DNA from: Vicugna vicugna | Lineage: Eukaryota | Length of the DNA: 64,000 nt | Direction: 5' to 3' | NCBI GenBank assembly: GCA_013265495.1 | Contig: MU057744.1 | Location: 1,130,356-1,194,355 of the forward strand | Part shown: positions 51,295 through 62,999 of the stretch, one piece after another | Numbering within the stretch: position 1 is the first letter of the stretch | How the letters are laid out: every line of letters begins with the position of its first letter | The notes under the pieces: generated by a model | What the model saw: the letters and a program-made list of their open reading frames with translations, nothing else | What the model was told of the DNA's origin: nothing | Database searches by the model: none | Made by a program: the position numbers and the translations under genes

Positions 51295-52790
51295 ATTCCT
51301 CTGGGAAAGGGGAATGAGGTCTACTCTGTGTATTAAAGTCCTGGTCGTCGCTCCTCCAACTACTCCTGATCAGGTCTGGTGGCCTCAAAAGGGTGGAACA
51401 AAGGACAGGGATCTTAATCATACAAGACTTGGATCCAGTACTTGAAATGTAGGAACATTTTCAGTTTGGGGACCATCCCATAGAGGCAGGACTGCACCCC
51501 ATTTCAGCAGCAAGTGGCCAGAGCGGTCGCCGCCCCGTTCCCTGAGAGGTTTGGGGAAGGCTGAAGCAGGATTGGAGGCTGAGACCAAGTCCCCCTGAAA
51601 CCAGGCTCCTCTGCTGAGTTGATGGCTAACTCGCTGTCCACAACATCGTTCCCCTTCTTGTCCAACACCTCCTCTCCTCGACATTGAGGAGAATCAAAGG
51701 AAAGGGGGAAATCGTAACTGAGGAGGACGCTGGGGGGCCTTCCAGGGTCAGGCGCCTCCCCCACGTCCTCTACTGCAGCTCCTCTCTGAAGCACCCAGGT
51801 GGTAGTGTCTCTTTTCCTGAGGTTTTCTGATGCTAAAACCACCACCAAAGGGAAGAACATTACTTATGATCAAGGGCACGTGGCCCCCAGACCTTCCGCC
51901 TGGGGGTTGGTGGTGTTGACGGCCTGTTCCCTTCACATCAGCCAATCAGAGGCTGATTGCATGAGCTGATCACACACCCCGAGACCCCCTCCCTCACCTG
52001 CCTTTAAATATCCTTTGCTGACACCCTTTGGGGAGTTTGGGGTTTTCTCGGGTATGAGCCACCCCGTCCTCCTTGCTCGGCCCTGCAGTAAACCTTTCTC
52101 TGCTCCAAACTCTGATGTTTCAGTTTGTCTGGCCTCACGGTGCGGCGGGCACACGAACTCGCCTTGGGTAACAGCTTCAGGCTCCTATATGTACCTTGGG
52201 CCCACCCTGATAATCCAGAATAATCTTCTGCTCTCCAGACCCATGGCCTTAATTACATCTGCAAAGCCCCTTTTGCCGTGTAACAGCATATGCACAGGCC
52301 CTCAGTATTGGGACATATTTGGCTTGCCACAATTTATTTCCAGCTGTGTCTAACCTGCTATTAAATTACTTTGAGTTTTAATTTTCAATTATTGTAGGGG
52401 TTTTTTTAAGTTTTAATTTATTTCATTATTTAAAAATGTTTTAAATTATCTTACTTTATATCATGTTTTTAATTCCCTTCTATTTCTTTAAATATATTAA
52501 GTGTATTTTATTTTCTGATCTTGATAATCCCAGTATCAGAAATGTTAGTCTGATGTTGATGCCGAATTTTTCCCTGCAAGCTCATTTTTCTGCCTTCCTT
52601 CCTGCAGTGTTTTGTGAGTTTTGAACCTGAGCGCACACTCTTTTGAATTTGATTGATGGGAATTTTTCAACGCCAGTGTTTAAGGTGTCTGGTCCTTCAG
52701 GTAACATTTGGGTTTACTTCTGCCAGGTGACTGTGGGCACCAGCAGTTGATGGTCCATTTGGTTTCCTTTGGCTAAAACTATATTAAGGC

Positions 52791-53218
52791 GGGTGTAGGG
52801 GGCGGCTCAGTGGTAGAGCGCATGCTTAGCATGCACAAGGTCCTGGGTTCAATCCCCAGTACTTCCATTATAAAACAAATACACAAAACAGAAACAGACT
52901 CCGAGACATAGAAAACAAACATGGTTACCAGAGGCCGGTGGGGGAAGAGTGGGTGGGAAGGGATAAACTGGGAGTTTGAGATTTGCAGATACTAACTACT
53001 ATATACGAAATAGATAAACAACAAGTTTAGTCTGTACAGCACAAGAAACTCTATTCAATATCTTGTCATAATTTATAAGGAGAAAGAATTTGAAAACAAA
53101 TATACGTCTGTATATGTGTGGCTGAAACACGATGCTGTACACCAGAAATTGATACAACGTTGTAAACTATACTTCTATTAAATAAATAAATAAAGCTAAT
53201 TACCTCCCCTCCCAAAAT
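52791..53218 (+). mobile_element. tRNA-derived SINE split by an L1 3'UTR (~52880-53180)
   Basis: Perfect TSD aaactatattaaggc at 52776-52790 and 53219-53233 encloses SINE head, L1 3'UTR and SINE tail. Confidence 0.92.
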
Positions 53219-53233
53219 AAACTATATTAAGGC

Positions 53234-53720
53234 ATAATTAGCATATAATAATGTACACACTTAAAATGTGTAATTCGATAAAGCTGACATATGTGTGTAT
53301 CTGTGAAACCATCGCCTCAATCAAGACACTGACCGTGTCTATCACCCCTCCAGGTTCCCTTGTGCCATTTGTAATGTCCCATTTCTGCCCTTCCCCATCC
53401 TCAGCAAACGCTGATCTGCCTTCCGTCTCGGTGGCTCACATTTTCTAGAATCTTCTATAAGTGGGATCATGCAGTAGGTTCTCTTTTTCAGTCTGGCTTC
53501 TCTCACTTGGCATGATGATTTTGAGATTTACTCACATTATTATGTGGAGGAAGCATTCACTTCTCTTTGGGGGGGTGATCAGTTTTATTTACGTATTTAA
53601 CGGGGGGACTGGGGATTGAACCCAGGACCTCATGCGAGCTAGGCATGTGCACTACCACTGAGCTACCCGCTCCTCTCCTATTTCTTTTTATTACTGAATA
53701 ATATGAATAATAATCTCTTG
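53234..53720 (-). mobile_element. Ancient L1MD/ME 3' end (continues at 56689-57170) with nested SINE (53568-53672)
   Basis: ctgtgaaaccatcgcctcaatcaagac...ttcccttgtgcc...tctggcttctctcactt. Confidence 0.8.
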
Positions 53721-53724
53721 TATG

Positions 53725-54154
53725 TGTGTTGGTTCCCGGGGGCTTCTGCAACAAATTCCCACAAATGGAGTGGCTTACAACCACAGAAATGTGTTCTCTC
53801 CACAGTTCCAGAGGCTAAACATCTGAAGTCCAGGAAGACCACTCTTTTTCCAGGGGCTGGCAGGGAGAAACTGTCCCGTCTCCTGGAGAGAGTCTGCATT
53901 CCTCTTTGGGTGGCCCCTTGTGGCCTCTGCGGTCACACTGCCCTCTCCTCTGTCTCCCCTGCACGTCTCTCTTATCAGGTCACTTACGATGGTATTTGAG
54001 GCTCATCTGGCTAATCCAGGATTGTCTTTTATCACAAGATCCTCCACTGAATCATATAGACAAAAACTCTTTTACCAAATAAGGTAACATTTTGGAGATT
54101 TCAGGCATTTGACTTGGATGTCTTTGGGAGGGGGCAAGTTTTCAGTCCACCGCA
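53725..54154 (-). mobile_element. MLT1 (MaLR) solo LTR
   Basis: TG...CA ends; 5-bp TSD gtatg/gaatg; gtggcttacaaccacagaaatg...cacagttccagaggc. Confidence 0.85.
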
Positions 54155-54641
54155 GAATGGCCATCCAGAATTCTTTTTTTTTACCCTTTCAAATATTTTC
54201 TTGTTTTTATTACACACTTTTATTAACACAAAGAAATCATATAGCTACATTTAATAACTAGTTTTTTTATTTTACATAATTATTTGATATATATTTTTAT
54301 ATCATCATGTGTAACACTTTTTAATTCTTTTTAATTAGATGCAAATTTTTACCTTTGTCTAGATGTTCATAATTTTTAGTGTCAGTTTCTATCCTTGGAC
54401 GTGTAGGTTGTTTCCATTTGTTTTTGGCTTTTACAAAATCGGCACCATGGTCAAATTTATGCATAGATATTTACACCTGTCTAAATATATTTTAAGGGTA
54501 AGTTCATAAAAGTGAAATGGCTGAGTCAATATGTACACATTAAAAATTTGGCTGTAGCTTTATATATATATAAACATACACATACCCCTCTTCTAAGGAA
54601 GTCCTATCAATTCAATTCTCATTTGAAAGTGTGACTACGCA

Positions 54642-54838
54642 TAGTGGTGTGCTGGTAAATGTTTAACAACTGGCTCTTGGCTTTGAAAAAAAAACATAAC
54701 CCTATTAATAGTGATTGACAAATTCCATGGTAAATATCTTCCAGCCAACAAGAATTTCAAGCTATCAACATGCTGTCACTGAAGTCAGAGTTTGGCAAAA
54801 ATGAGCAAAATTAGCTCTGATGTCTCTAACACACCGTG
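54642..54838. mobile_element. MER63-like hAT MITE (within an L1 3' transduction)
   Basis: agtggtgtgctggtaaatgtttaacaactggctc...gaatttcaagctatcaacatgctgtcactgaa...aacacacc. Confidence 0.75.
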
Positions 54839-55061
54839 GATTATGCCTTCTGACAACCCCTTCAGTGCGGTTGCTGTCCAACTTTTAAATGTTTTCCATT
54901 TGATAGATTAACAGACATATTTGTTTTTATTTTAATTTGCATTTATTTAATACTAAATTGGTAATTTTTCATGGGTTAATTCGTCATTTAATTAGTTTAC
55001 TATTAGCTGTGTGCTCCTGTCCCACGCCTCATTTATACAGGGCTATCCATCTCTCTATTGT

Positions 55062-56672
55062 TTTTTTTAACATTTTTTTATTGAGTTGTAGTCATTTTAC
55101 AATGTTGTGTCAAATTCCAGCGTAGAGAACAATTCTTCAGTTATACATGAACATACACATATTCATTGTCACATTTTTTTCTCTGTGAGCTACCACAAGA
55201 TCTTGTATATATTTCCCTGTGCTATACAGTGTAATCTTGTTTATCTATTCTACAATTTGAAATCCCAGTCTGTCCCTTCCTACCCCCCATCCCCCTGGCA
55301 ACCAGAAGTTTGTATTCTATGTCTGTGAGTTTGTTTCTGTTTTGTATTTATGTTTCCTTTTTAGATTCCGCATATGAATGATCTCATATGGTATTTTTCT
55401 TTCTCTTTCTGGTTTACTTCACTTAGAATGACATTCTCCGGGAACATCCATGTTGCTGCAAATGGTGTTATGTTGTCATTTTTGTGGCTGAATAGTATTC
55501 CATTGTATAAATATACCACAGCTTCTTTATCCAGTCATCTGTTGATGGAACATCTAGGCCCATGTTTTGGCTATTGTAAATAGTGCTGCTATGAACATTG
55601 GGGTGCAGGTGTCATTTTGAGTAGGGTTCCTTCTGGATATATGCCCAAGAGTGGGGTTCCTGGGTCGTATGGTAAGTCTATTCCTAGTCGTTTGAGGAAT
55701 ATCCATACTGTTTTCCACAGTGGCTGCACCAAACTGCATTCCCACCAGCAGTGGAGGAGGGTTCCCTTTTCTCCACAGCCTCTCCAGCATTTGTCATTTG
55801 TGGACTTTGGAGCGATGGCCATTCTGACTGGTGTGAGGTGATACCTCATCGTAGTTTTGATTTGCATTTCTCTGATAATTAGTGATTATTGTGCATTTTT
55901 TCATGTGCCTGTTGATCATTTATATGTCTTCCCTGGAGAAATGCTTGTTTAGGTCTTCTGCCCATTTTTGGATTGGGTTGTTTGTTTTTTTCTTATTAAG
56001 TCATATGAGCTGCTTATATATCCTGGAGATCAAGCCTTTGTCAGTTTCATCTTTTGCAAAAATTTTCTCCCATTCTGTAGGTTGTCATTTTGTTTTGTTT
56101 ATGGTTTCCTTTGCTGTTCAGAAGCTTGTAAGTTTCATTAGGTCTCATTTGTTTATTCTTGCTTTTATTTCTATTGCTTGGGTAGACTGCCCTAGGAGAG
56201 CATTTTTGAGATGTGTGTCAGGTAATGTTTTGCCTATGTTTTCTTGTAGGAGATTTATCTTGTCTTATGTTTTCAGTTTTTGATCCATTTTGAGTTTATT
56301 TTTGTGTATGGTGTAAGGGAGTGTTCTAGCTTCATTGATTTACATGCTGCTGTCCAGTTTTCCCAACACCATTTGCTGAAGAGACTGTCTTTATTCCATT
56401 GTATGTTCTTGCCTCCTTTGTCGAAGATTAGTTGACCAAAAGTTTGTGGGTTCATTTCTGGGCTCTCTATTCTGTTGCATTGGTCCATATGTCTGTTTTT
56501 GTACCAATACTATGCTGTTTTGATCACTGTAGCTCTGTAGTATTGTCTGAAGGCTGGGAGGGTTATTCCTCCAGCCTTTTTCTTTTTCTTCAGTAATGTT
56601 TTGGCAATTCTGAGTCTTTTGTGGTTCCATATAAATTTTATTATGATTTGTTCTAGTTCTGTGAAATATAGA
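55062..56672 (-). mobile_element. Young 5'-truncated L1 (1.6 kb)
   Basis: ORF2 peptides [25 protein letters not shown] and [18 protein letters not shown]; young 3'UTR. Confidence 0.96.
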
Positions 56673-58351
56673 CATCCAGAATTCTTTTAAGCACTCACCT
56701 GTTCCTGGACATTCAGTGTCTTTTCAGTTTTTGGCTTTTACAAATATGGACATTCACATGTAAGTTTTTGTACACAGGCTCTTGTATCTCTGGGGTGGAT
56801 ACTAGGAGTGGATTGGCTGGAACAGATGGTGGGCATATACGTAACTGTTAAAGACACCGTCAAGCCATTCTTCATCAGCGATGTATGAGAGCCCCAGTCC
56901 TGCCACGTCCTGGTCAACACTTGGTATAGGAAGTCTTCTAAATTTTAGCCACCCTAACATGCACGTGATGTTATCTCATTCTGCTTATAATCTGCATCTC
57001 CCTCATAACAACTACTGTTGTGTCTGTGCTTATCTACCACCCCCATATTTTTATTGAAGTGTCTGTTTTTTGTTAGATTGGTGGTTTTCTTATTCTTGAG
57101 TTTTATAACACCTTTGCATATTCTAACTATAAGTATTTTACCAGATATGGTTTGGAAATATTCTCTCCGATCTTAAAAAAGCCGCTTGGCTGCACTCTAC
57201 GAGCCCCCTACCCTCCCCCAGCGTGTCCTGCCCCAGGGCAGAGGCCTTGGTGGCCAAGGGATGAAGGCAGTGGGTCCCACCCAGTCCAGATGATGGTTCT
57301 ACACCGTGAGTCCAAGCAGAATTAAAACAAACCGACGTTACAACAAAAACACCAGTCACACAACCAACAAACAAAAACACCTGCAGGATGCTATCACTTG
57401 AAGCGACAGCAGAGATTTTATAACCCAGGTCTTTCCTGTCTACGTGCATGGGAATCTACCACAGAGAGCTCACTAGAGCTGCCCGAGGTCTCACAGCAGG
57501 ACCAGGCCCCGGCCAGCCTGGCGCTGGCAGCGGTTCTGTCCAGGCCCGGCCCCTCAGCCTCAGGGCGCACCCTCACCTCGGAAGCGAGAGGCTTGGCCGT
57601 GCTCTCCAGGATCCGTGCGCTGTAATGCTCTCTGACCTGGCACCTCCTCTGCTTCTCACGCTGCAAAAGGGGAGACGGACAAGGGCCCCTGTCCTGTGGC
57701 AGAACGTTAGACCTAAGGCCGTGCACCCAAGCACAAGGTTGTTTGAAACAACACTCCAAGCGGGAGTGGACTTTTCCCACAGTTAGCCGAGTGTGCCTGG
57801 ATTCTCAGTCTCTGTCCAGTGCGGGAACTGTGTTGCCTTTTGCCCTCATGGCACTTGTCTTGTTTTCAGCTGAGTTGCTTTAAGGACTGAATTACAGGGG
57901 GGACTTGGCACTTGGCTTACTCTCTGTGAGTGAGAGACAACGACGAAACTCATCATCCCGTTCCTTCCTCACTGCCAGCCTCCCAGGAGCGGAGGCCCCT
58001 CAGCTGCGGCCCTCCTCCCCTCCCTCGCTGCTCGCCTGTTCGTCTTGTGGAGACCTTCGGGGCCCACTACTAGGGGCTGGGAAAGAGGCACTCGCAGTGC
58101 GACTGGTCTTCAGGAGATGTATTTGAGGCTTTCTCTTCGATAAAGGTGATAAAAATTTCTAACAATTTTACAACTTTCTAGAAAACAAGCGTATTTGTAT
58201 AAATATTCAGAAAAAGGAAACCATATTGCTCAATACCACATACAAGATAAAGACAAGACTAAAATAGAATAGAACATTTTCTGGCTTTCTGCCCAAGAAA
58301 CTAGCCTTATGATATATTCAGTAGATCCATTCATTCTGATTAAACTAAAAT

Positions 58352-58497
58352 CTGTTTTTAAATTTTGAATTTTATTTTTTGGTGGGGAGGGAGTTAGGTT
58401 TTTTATTTATTTGTTTTTAATGGAGGTACTGAGGATTGAACCCAGGACCTCGTGCACGCTGAGCACACGCTCTACCGCTGAGCTCTATCCTCCCCCA
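58352..58497 (-). mobile_element. tRNA-derived SINE
   Basis: gaggattgaacccaggacctcgtgcacgctgagcac; ctgattaaa on both flanks. Confidence 0.92.
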
Positions 58498-58559
58498 TCC
58501 TGATTAAATTCAAACAAACAATAGCAATTGTTAATCTCTATTACTGAAAGTTCATTGTA

Positions 58560-59435
58560 TGCAGATGGCCAACAGGCACATGTAAAGATGCTCAACATCA
58601 CTAATTATTTGAGAAATGCAAATCAAAACTACATTGAGGTATCACCTCACACCAGTCAGAATGACCATCATTAAAAAGTCCACAAATGATAAATGCTGGA
58701 AAGAGTGTGGAGAAAAAAGAACCCTCCTACACTGCTGGTGGGAAGGTAAATTGGTGCAGCCACTATAGAGGACAGTACGGAGGTTCCTTAAAAAACTAAA
58801 AATAGACTTACCATGTTATCCAGCACTCCCACTCCTAGGCATGTATCTGGAGAAAATTCCAATTCAAAGATACATGCACTCAGTGTTCATAGCAGCACTA
58901 TTTACAACAGCCAAGACATGGAAACAACCTAAATGTCCATTGACAGATGACTGGATAAAGAAGTTGTGTGTATATTTATACAATGGAATACTACTCAGCT
59001 GTGAAAAAGAATGAAATAATGCCATGTGCAGCAACATGGACCTAGGGGTGATTATACTGAGTGAAGTCAGACAGAAAGACAAATACCATGTGATATCACT
59101 TATATGTGGAATCTAAAAAAATGAGACAAATGAACTTATTTACACAAAGAAACAGACTCATAGACATAGAAAACAAACTCATGGTTATCGGGGGGGAAGG
59201 GATGGAAGAATAAATTAGGAGTTTGGGATCAACAGGTACAAAATACTATGCACAGAATAGATAAACAACAAGGTCCTACCGTAGAGCACAGGGAACTATA
59301 TTTAATGGCTTGTAGTTACCTGTAATGAAAAGGAATATAAAATAGAATATATATGTGCACATATAACTGGATCACGATGTTGTACACCAGAAACTAATAC
59401 AACGTTGTGAATCAACTACACTTCAATTTAAAAAA
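58560..59435 (+). mobile_element. 5'-truncated L1
   Basis: cagatggccaacaggcacatg...ORF2 end...aatcaactacacttcaatttaaaaaa. Confidence 0.94.
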
Positions 59436-59499
59436 TGTTTTAGAAGTTTGTCCTTCCAGTAGGCTTCGCCTTGCGCATAGGACCTCATCTACATGAAAG

Positions 59500-60530
59500 T
59501 CCTTCAATAGGGCATTTCCGGGAGCGGTCTCATCTGGAGCCGCTTCCCAGACCCCCCCTCGGCGGCGCTCTCTCCCGCGCTCCAGGTCGCGAGCTGGGCT
59601 GACCACTGCACATGTCCCCAGGCTGAGTTCACTGCGTGCCCCACCCCTTCTCCAAATCCCTACACGTGCTGTTTTTCCTTGTTGGCTCAAGGAGTGTCAC
59701 ATCTACCCCCGACCAAGCCAGGAGCTGCAGGGAGACCCAGGTCGCTGTCTCAATCTTCCTCCGCGTGCATCTAATCAATCAAAACACCTTCTACTTGCCA
59801 ATGTCCCTCCGAGCTGCTCCCTCCGCTCCCGCCCCGCTGTCACTCTCCTGGGTCCCACTTATCCTTTGCTGCTGGAATGATCTTCCTAACGTGATCATCC
59901 GGTTATGAGTGCTCAGTGCGTCCTCCAGCAGCTCCGCGGTGGCGCACGAGGCCCCCGGGGTCTGCCCAGCCCGCGCGCACCGCACGGCGTCCGCTCCTGC
60001 CTCCGGCTCCGCCCCGGCCCGCCCCTCGCCTCGGAGCCTCGCGCTCAGGGCTCCGACGGGCGCCAGAGCCTGAGCCTGTGTTGTTCCTTCTTCCTAAACG
60101 CCTGCTCGCCTGCAAGCCCCCCTCCTCCGTGCAGCCGGCCTTGCCTCCCGCCCTCAGCCCTGAGCGCTGTCTGCCTGTGCACCACGCGCCCAGACGCACC
60201 TCCGTGACAGCTACTGAATGACTGTACTGTGCCACGCTTCATTTGTGACTTTCTCCCCTTTCTTCTGCGAGCAGCTTGAAGGTGAGAGCAATTTGCTGTT
60301 CTAATTTTTTAAAAACTTATTTTAAATTTTTTTTGGAGGGGAGGGAATTAGGTTCATCTATTTATTACCTTTGATGGAGGCACCAGGGATTGAACCTCAC
60401 GCCTGCGAGGCAAGCGCTCTACCACTGAGCTGTTCCCTCCCCACAAATTTGCTTTCTGCGTGGTGTCACCAGCACCCACCATGGTCCTTAGTATCTAGAA
60501 CTTGCTCAAAAAATATTGGCTGAATAAAGA
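59500..60530 (+). mobile_element. L2 element overlapping a CpG island (nested SINE at 60304-60443, minus)
   Basis: Colinear L2 landmarks: catgtccccaggctgagttca, caagccagga, catctaatcaatca, aatgatcttcctaa, ttgttccttcttcctaaacgcc, and terminal tgctcaaaaaatattggctgaataaa. CpG-dense at 59520-59600 and 59900-60210. Confidence 0.7.
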
Positions 60531-60966
60531 AGTGGCCTTTTCACCCTGCCTCATCCGAACTGTTTGGCTAAGCCAGAGGTGCTTGAGAGAGAATTCTGGA
60601 AGTTTCCTCTCGTTCTATGGGAGCATTCCTAAATTGGCGTGGCCCAGGGATGTGGGTCATTCAAGAACAAGAGTTGAACCTACTTTTTTCCCACAAGGAC
60701 ACGTTTGCCAGATTCTTTTGCCTTTGGTTCCCTGATGTTCTCTTGGCGGGGAATCACGACGAAATTCAAGAAATGCATCAGGGGATATCTGACCACCTCG
60801 GATCAGAATCAGCCAGCTGAGATGAGACCAACAGAGAAGCCTGCCTTTGAGGAGATCAGTACAACCCAGTAGCCAAGCAGTTCGCAATCAGACAGATCTA
60901 TGTCTGAATTCTGACTGCAGCGTTACTAGTCATGGGTAGATTTGCTCACTGACCTGACAATCATTT

Positions 60967-61145
60967 AAAAAATTTTTTTGAGCTGTCTTACTGATTTTGC
61001 ACATTTAAAAAACTTTAATTTGGGGGGAAGGTAATTAGGTTACGTATTTATTTATTTATTTATCTTTAATGGAGTTTTGGGGGATTGAACCTAGGACCTC
61101 GTGCATGCTAAGCACATGCTCTACCACTGAGCTATATACCCTCCC
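60967..61145 (-). mobile_element. tRNA-derived SINE
   Basis: TSD cctgacaatcattt at 60953-60966 and 61146-61159. Confidence 0.93.
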
Positions 61146-62210
61146 CCTGACAATCATTTTTTCCAATGTCCTGCTACGTGCCAGGCACTATACTAGATTC
61201 TGGGGATGAGATCTAATATTAGTGATGCATGCCTGGCAAATGTCATGCCCTCAGCATCTTCAGTTGTTATTATTAGGAATTCCACACCAGTCTGACATCC
61301 AAAATTCAGGCATTGACACCCTATGGAACCATTAAATATGTCAGTGGCATTAAAGAGTTTTTAAGGAGTTACTCCAGCCACTACCCAAGTTCTATCAAAA
61401 TTACAAAGTCTGTAAAACTCTTCGCCCACCATTCTCACTTCCTCCTCCATCTCTTCTAGGCCTGTGTTCTGTCTTTTACCATCTATCATCCTACAACCCA
61501 CCCACCCAAGCATTCTCGTTTATCCTAAAGTCCAAATTAAACCTCACTACCTAGAACCGAAACTCAAATTCACCAGACCATCTCAGACACTGCCTGAAGA
61601 AAGTAATTGGCACAAATGGACGTTTATGAGTGGGTGAACGTAATGCTATGTTCTGACCCCCGCAGGTAGGCGAGAATGCTGTCCTGGGGTGGTCCTGGCT
61701 TCAGAGACTCAGAAGGGCAGTCCTGGCAGGGAGAGGGGCTCTTCCCTGGAGATTCAGGTTTGCAAAAATGGACAGCAGGGTAAGTGGAGTCGAAAGGAAA
61801 GCACTGAATCCAAAGGCTTTCCCTGAACAAGAGCAAAGGATTGAGGCAGATCCTAAGAGATGGAGTGAAAAGCCAGGGCTTGGAGGAGCCAGCGACATGA
61901 GACTAGAGCCCGGGTGGCCTGAGTGAAGGGGAGGGGCCCCCAGGAATGCCCGAGACAGGGCTGCTGCCACCCAGCTGCTCACGGGGCTGTGATGAGACAG
62001 GAACCTGCAGAAACAGTAGCTACCTCCTAAACGCATCTGTCAGCGAAAAGGCTCTCCAGTTAGCGGGATATTGAGACACAATTTCTGAGCAGATGGATGT
62101 CTGATATTCCTTGCCTTCTGAAATTTCAAAAATTCATAAAATCTCTATCCTTCTTTTGGCCTCTTCTCCCCAGTGCCACCTGCCTACATGTAAAGATTGA
62201 TGGTCAACAA

Positions 62211-62342
62211 GGGTGGAGGGGACAGCTCAGTGGTGGAGCAGTGCTCAGCATGCATGAGGTCCTGGGTTCAATCCCTAGTCCCCCCATCAAATAAATAAAT
62301 AAATACTTAATTACCTTATTGCCCCTCCACTCCCAGAAAGAA
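62211..62342 (+). mobile_element. tRNA-derived SINE
   Basis: cagctcagtggtggagc...gaggtcctgggttcaatccc; flanked by aaagat.gatggtca.caa. Confidence 0.92.
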
Positions 62343-62361
62343 AAAGATCGATGGTCAGCAA

Positions 62362-62854
62362 CAGATGACTGGATAAAGATGTGGTGTATATATATACAAC
62401 AGAATATTACTCAGTCATAAAAAAGAAATGAAATAGTGTCATTTGCAGCAACATGGATGGATCTAGAGATTATCATACTAAGTGAAGTAAGTCAGACAGA
62501 GAAAGATACCACTTAGATGTGGAATCTAAAAAAATGACACAGATGAAAACTTATTTACAAAACAGAAATAGGCTCAGACACAGAAAACAAACTTATGGTT
62601 ACCAAAGGGAAAAGAGGGGGTGGAGGGATAAGTTAGGAGCTTGAGGTTAACAGATACACACTACTGTATATAAAATAGACAACACGGACCTACAGTACAG
62701 CACAGGGAACTACATTCAGTATCTTACAATAACCTACAATGGGAAAGAATCTGAAAAAGAATATGTGTATGTATATGTATGACTGAATCACTTTGCTACA
62801 CACCAGAAACTAAGACAACCTTGTAAACTAACTATACTTGAATTAAAAACAAAA
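62362..62854 (+). mobile_element. L1 3' end
   Basis: cagatgactggataaag...3'UTR...actatacttgaattaaaaac. Confidence 0.92.
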
Positions 62855-62999
62855 AAAGATCAATGGTCAAGAAGTTAAGTCAACAACATCAAGACAAGGC
62901 TGACCTTAGGAAGACTGACCCACATGTAGTGATACGGAAGCTATCCAAGATGCAGTGTTCTATTTAAAAACAGGAAGTTGCACAAGAGTTCATACAGCT

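Larger units (their letters stand above)
46146..52173 (+). mobile_element. Decayed non-autonomous ERV1 provirus: 5' LTR 46146-46615, 3' LTR 51713-52173
   Basis: Paired ~465-bp LTRs ending taaca; TSD gttt/gctt; degenerate PBS tgatgaaccagcgcaggtg (46620-46638) resembling the tRNA-Arg PBS TGGCGAGCCAGCCAGGAG; PPT aaaggaaagggggaaa (51696-51711). Confidence 0.92.

Noticed and set aside
1602..59082. Many ORFs with [19 protein letters not shown] / [18 protein letters not shown] motifs and their antisense frames
   Set aside because: These are fragments of truncated, frameshifted L1 ORF2; no intact ORF1 or ORF2 is present.
59903..60242. Overlapping Arg/Pro/Ala-rich ORFs in the CpG island
   Set aside because: Open in several frames at once, as expected from stop-codon scarcity in GC-rich sequence.
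1230..62342. tRNA-like sequences with A and B boxes (about 18 copies)
   Set aside because: They have A-rich tails, TSDs and mutually divergent bodies, so they are SINE copies rather than tRNA genes.
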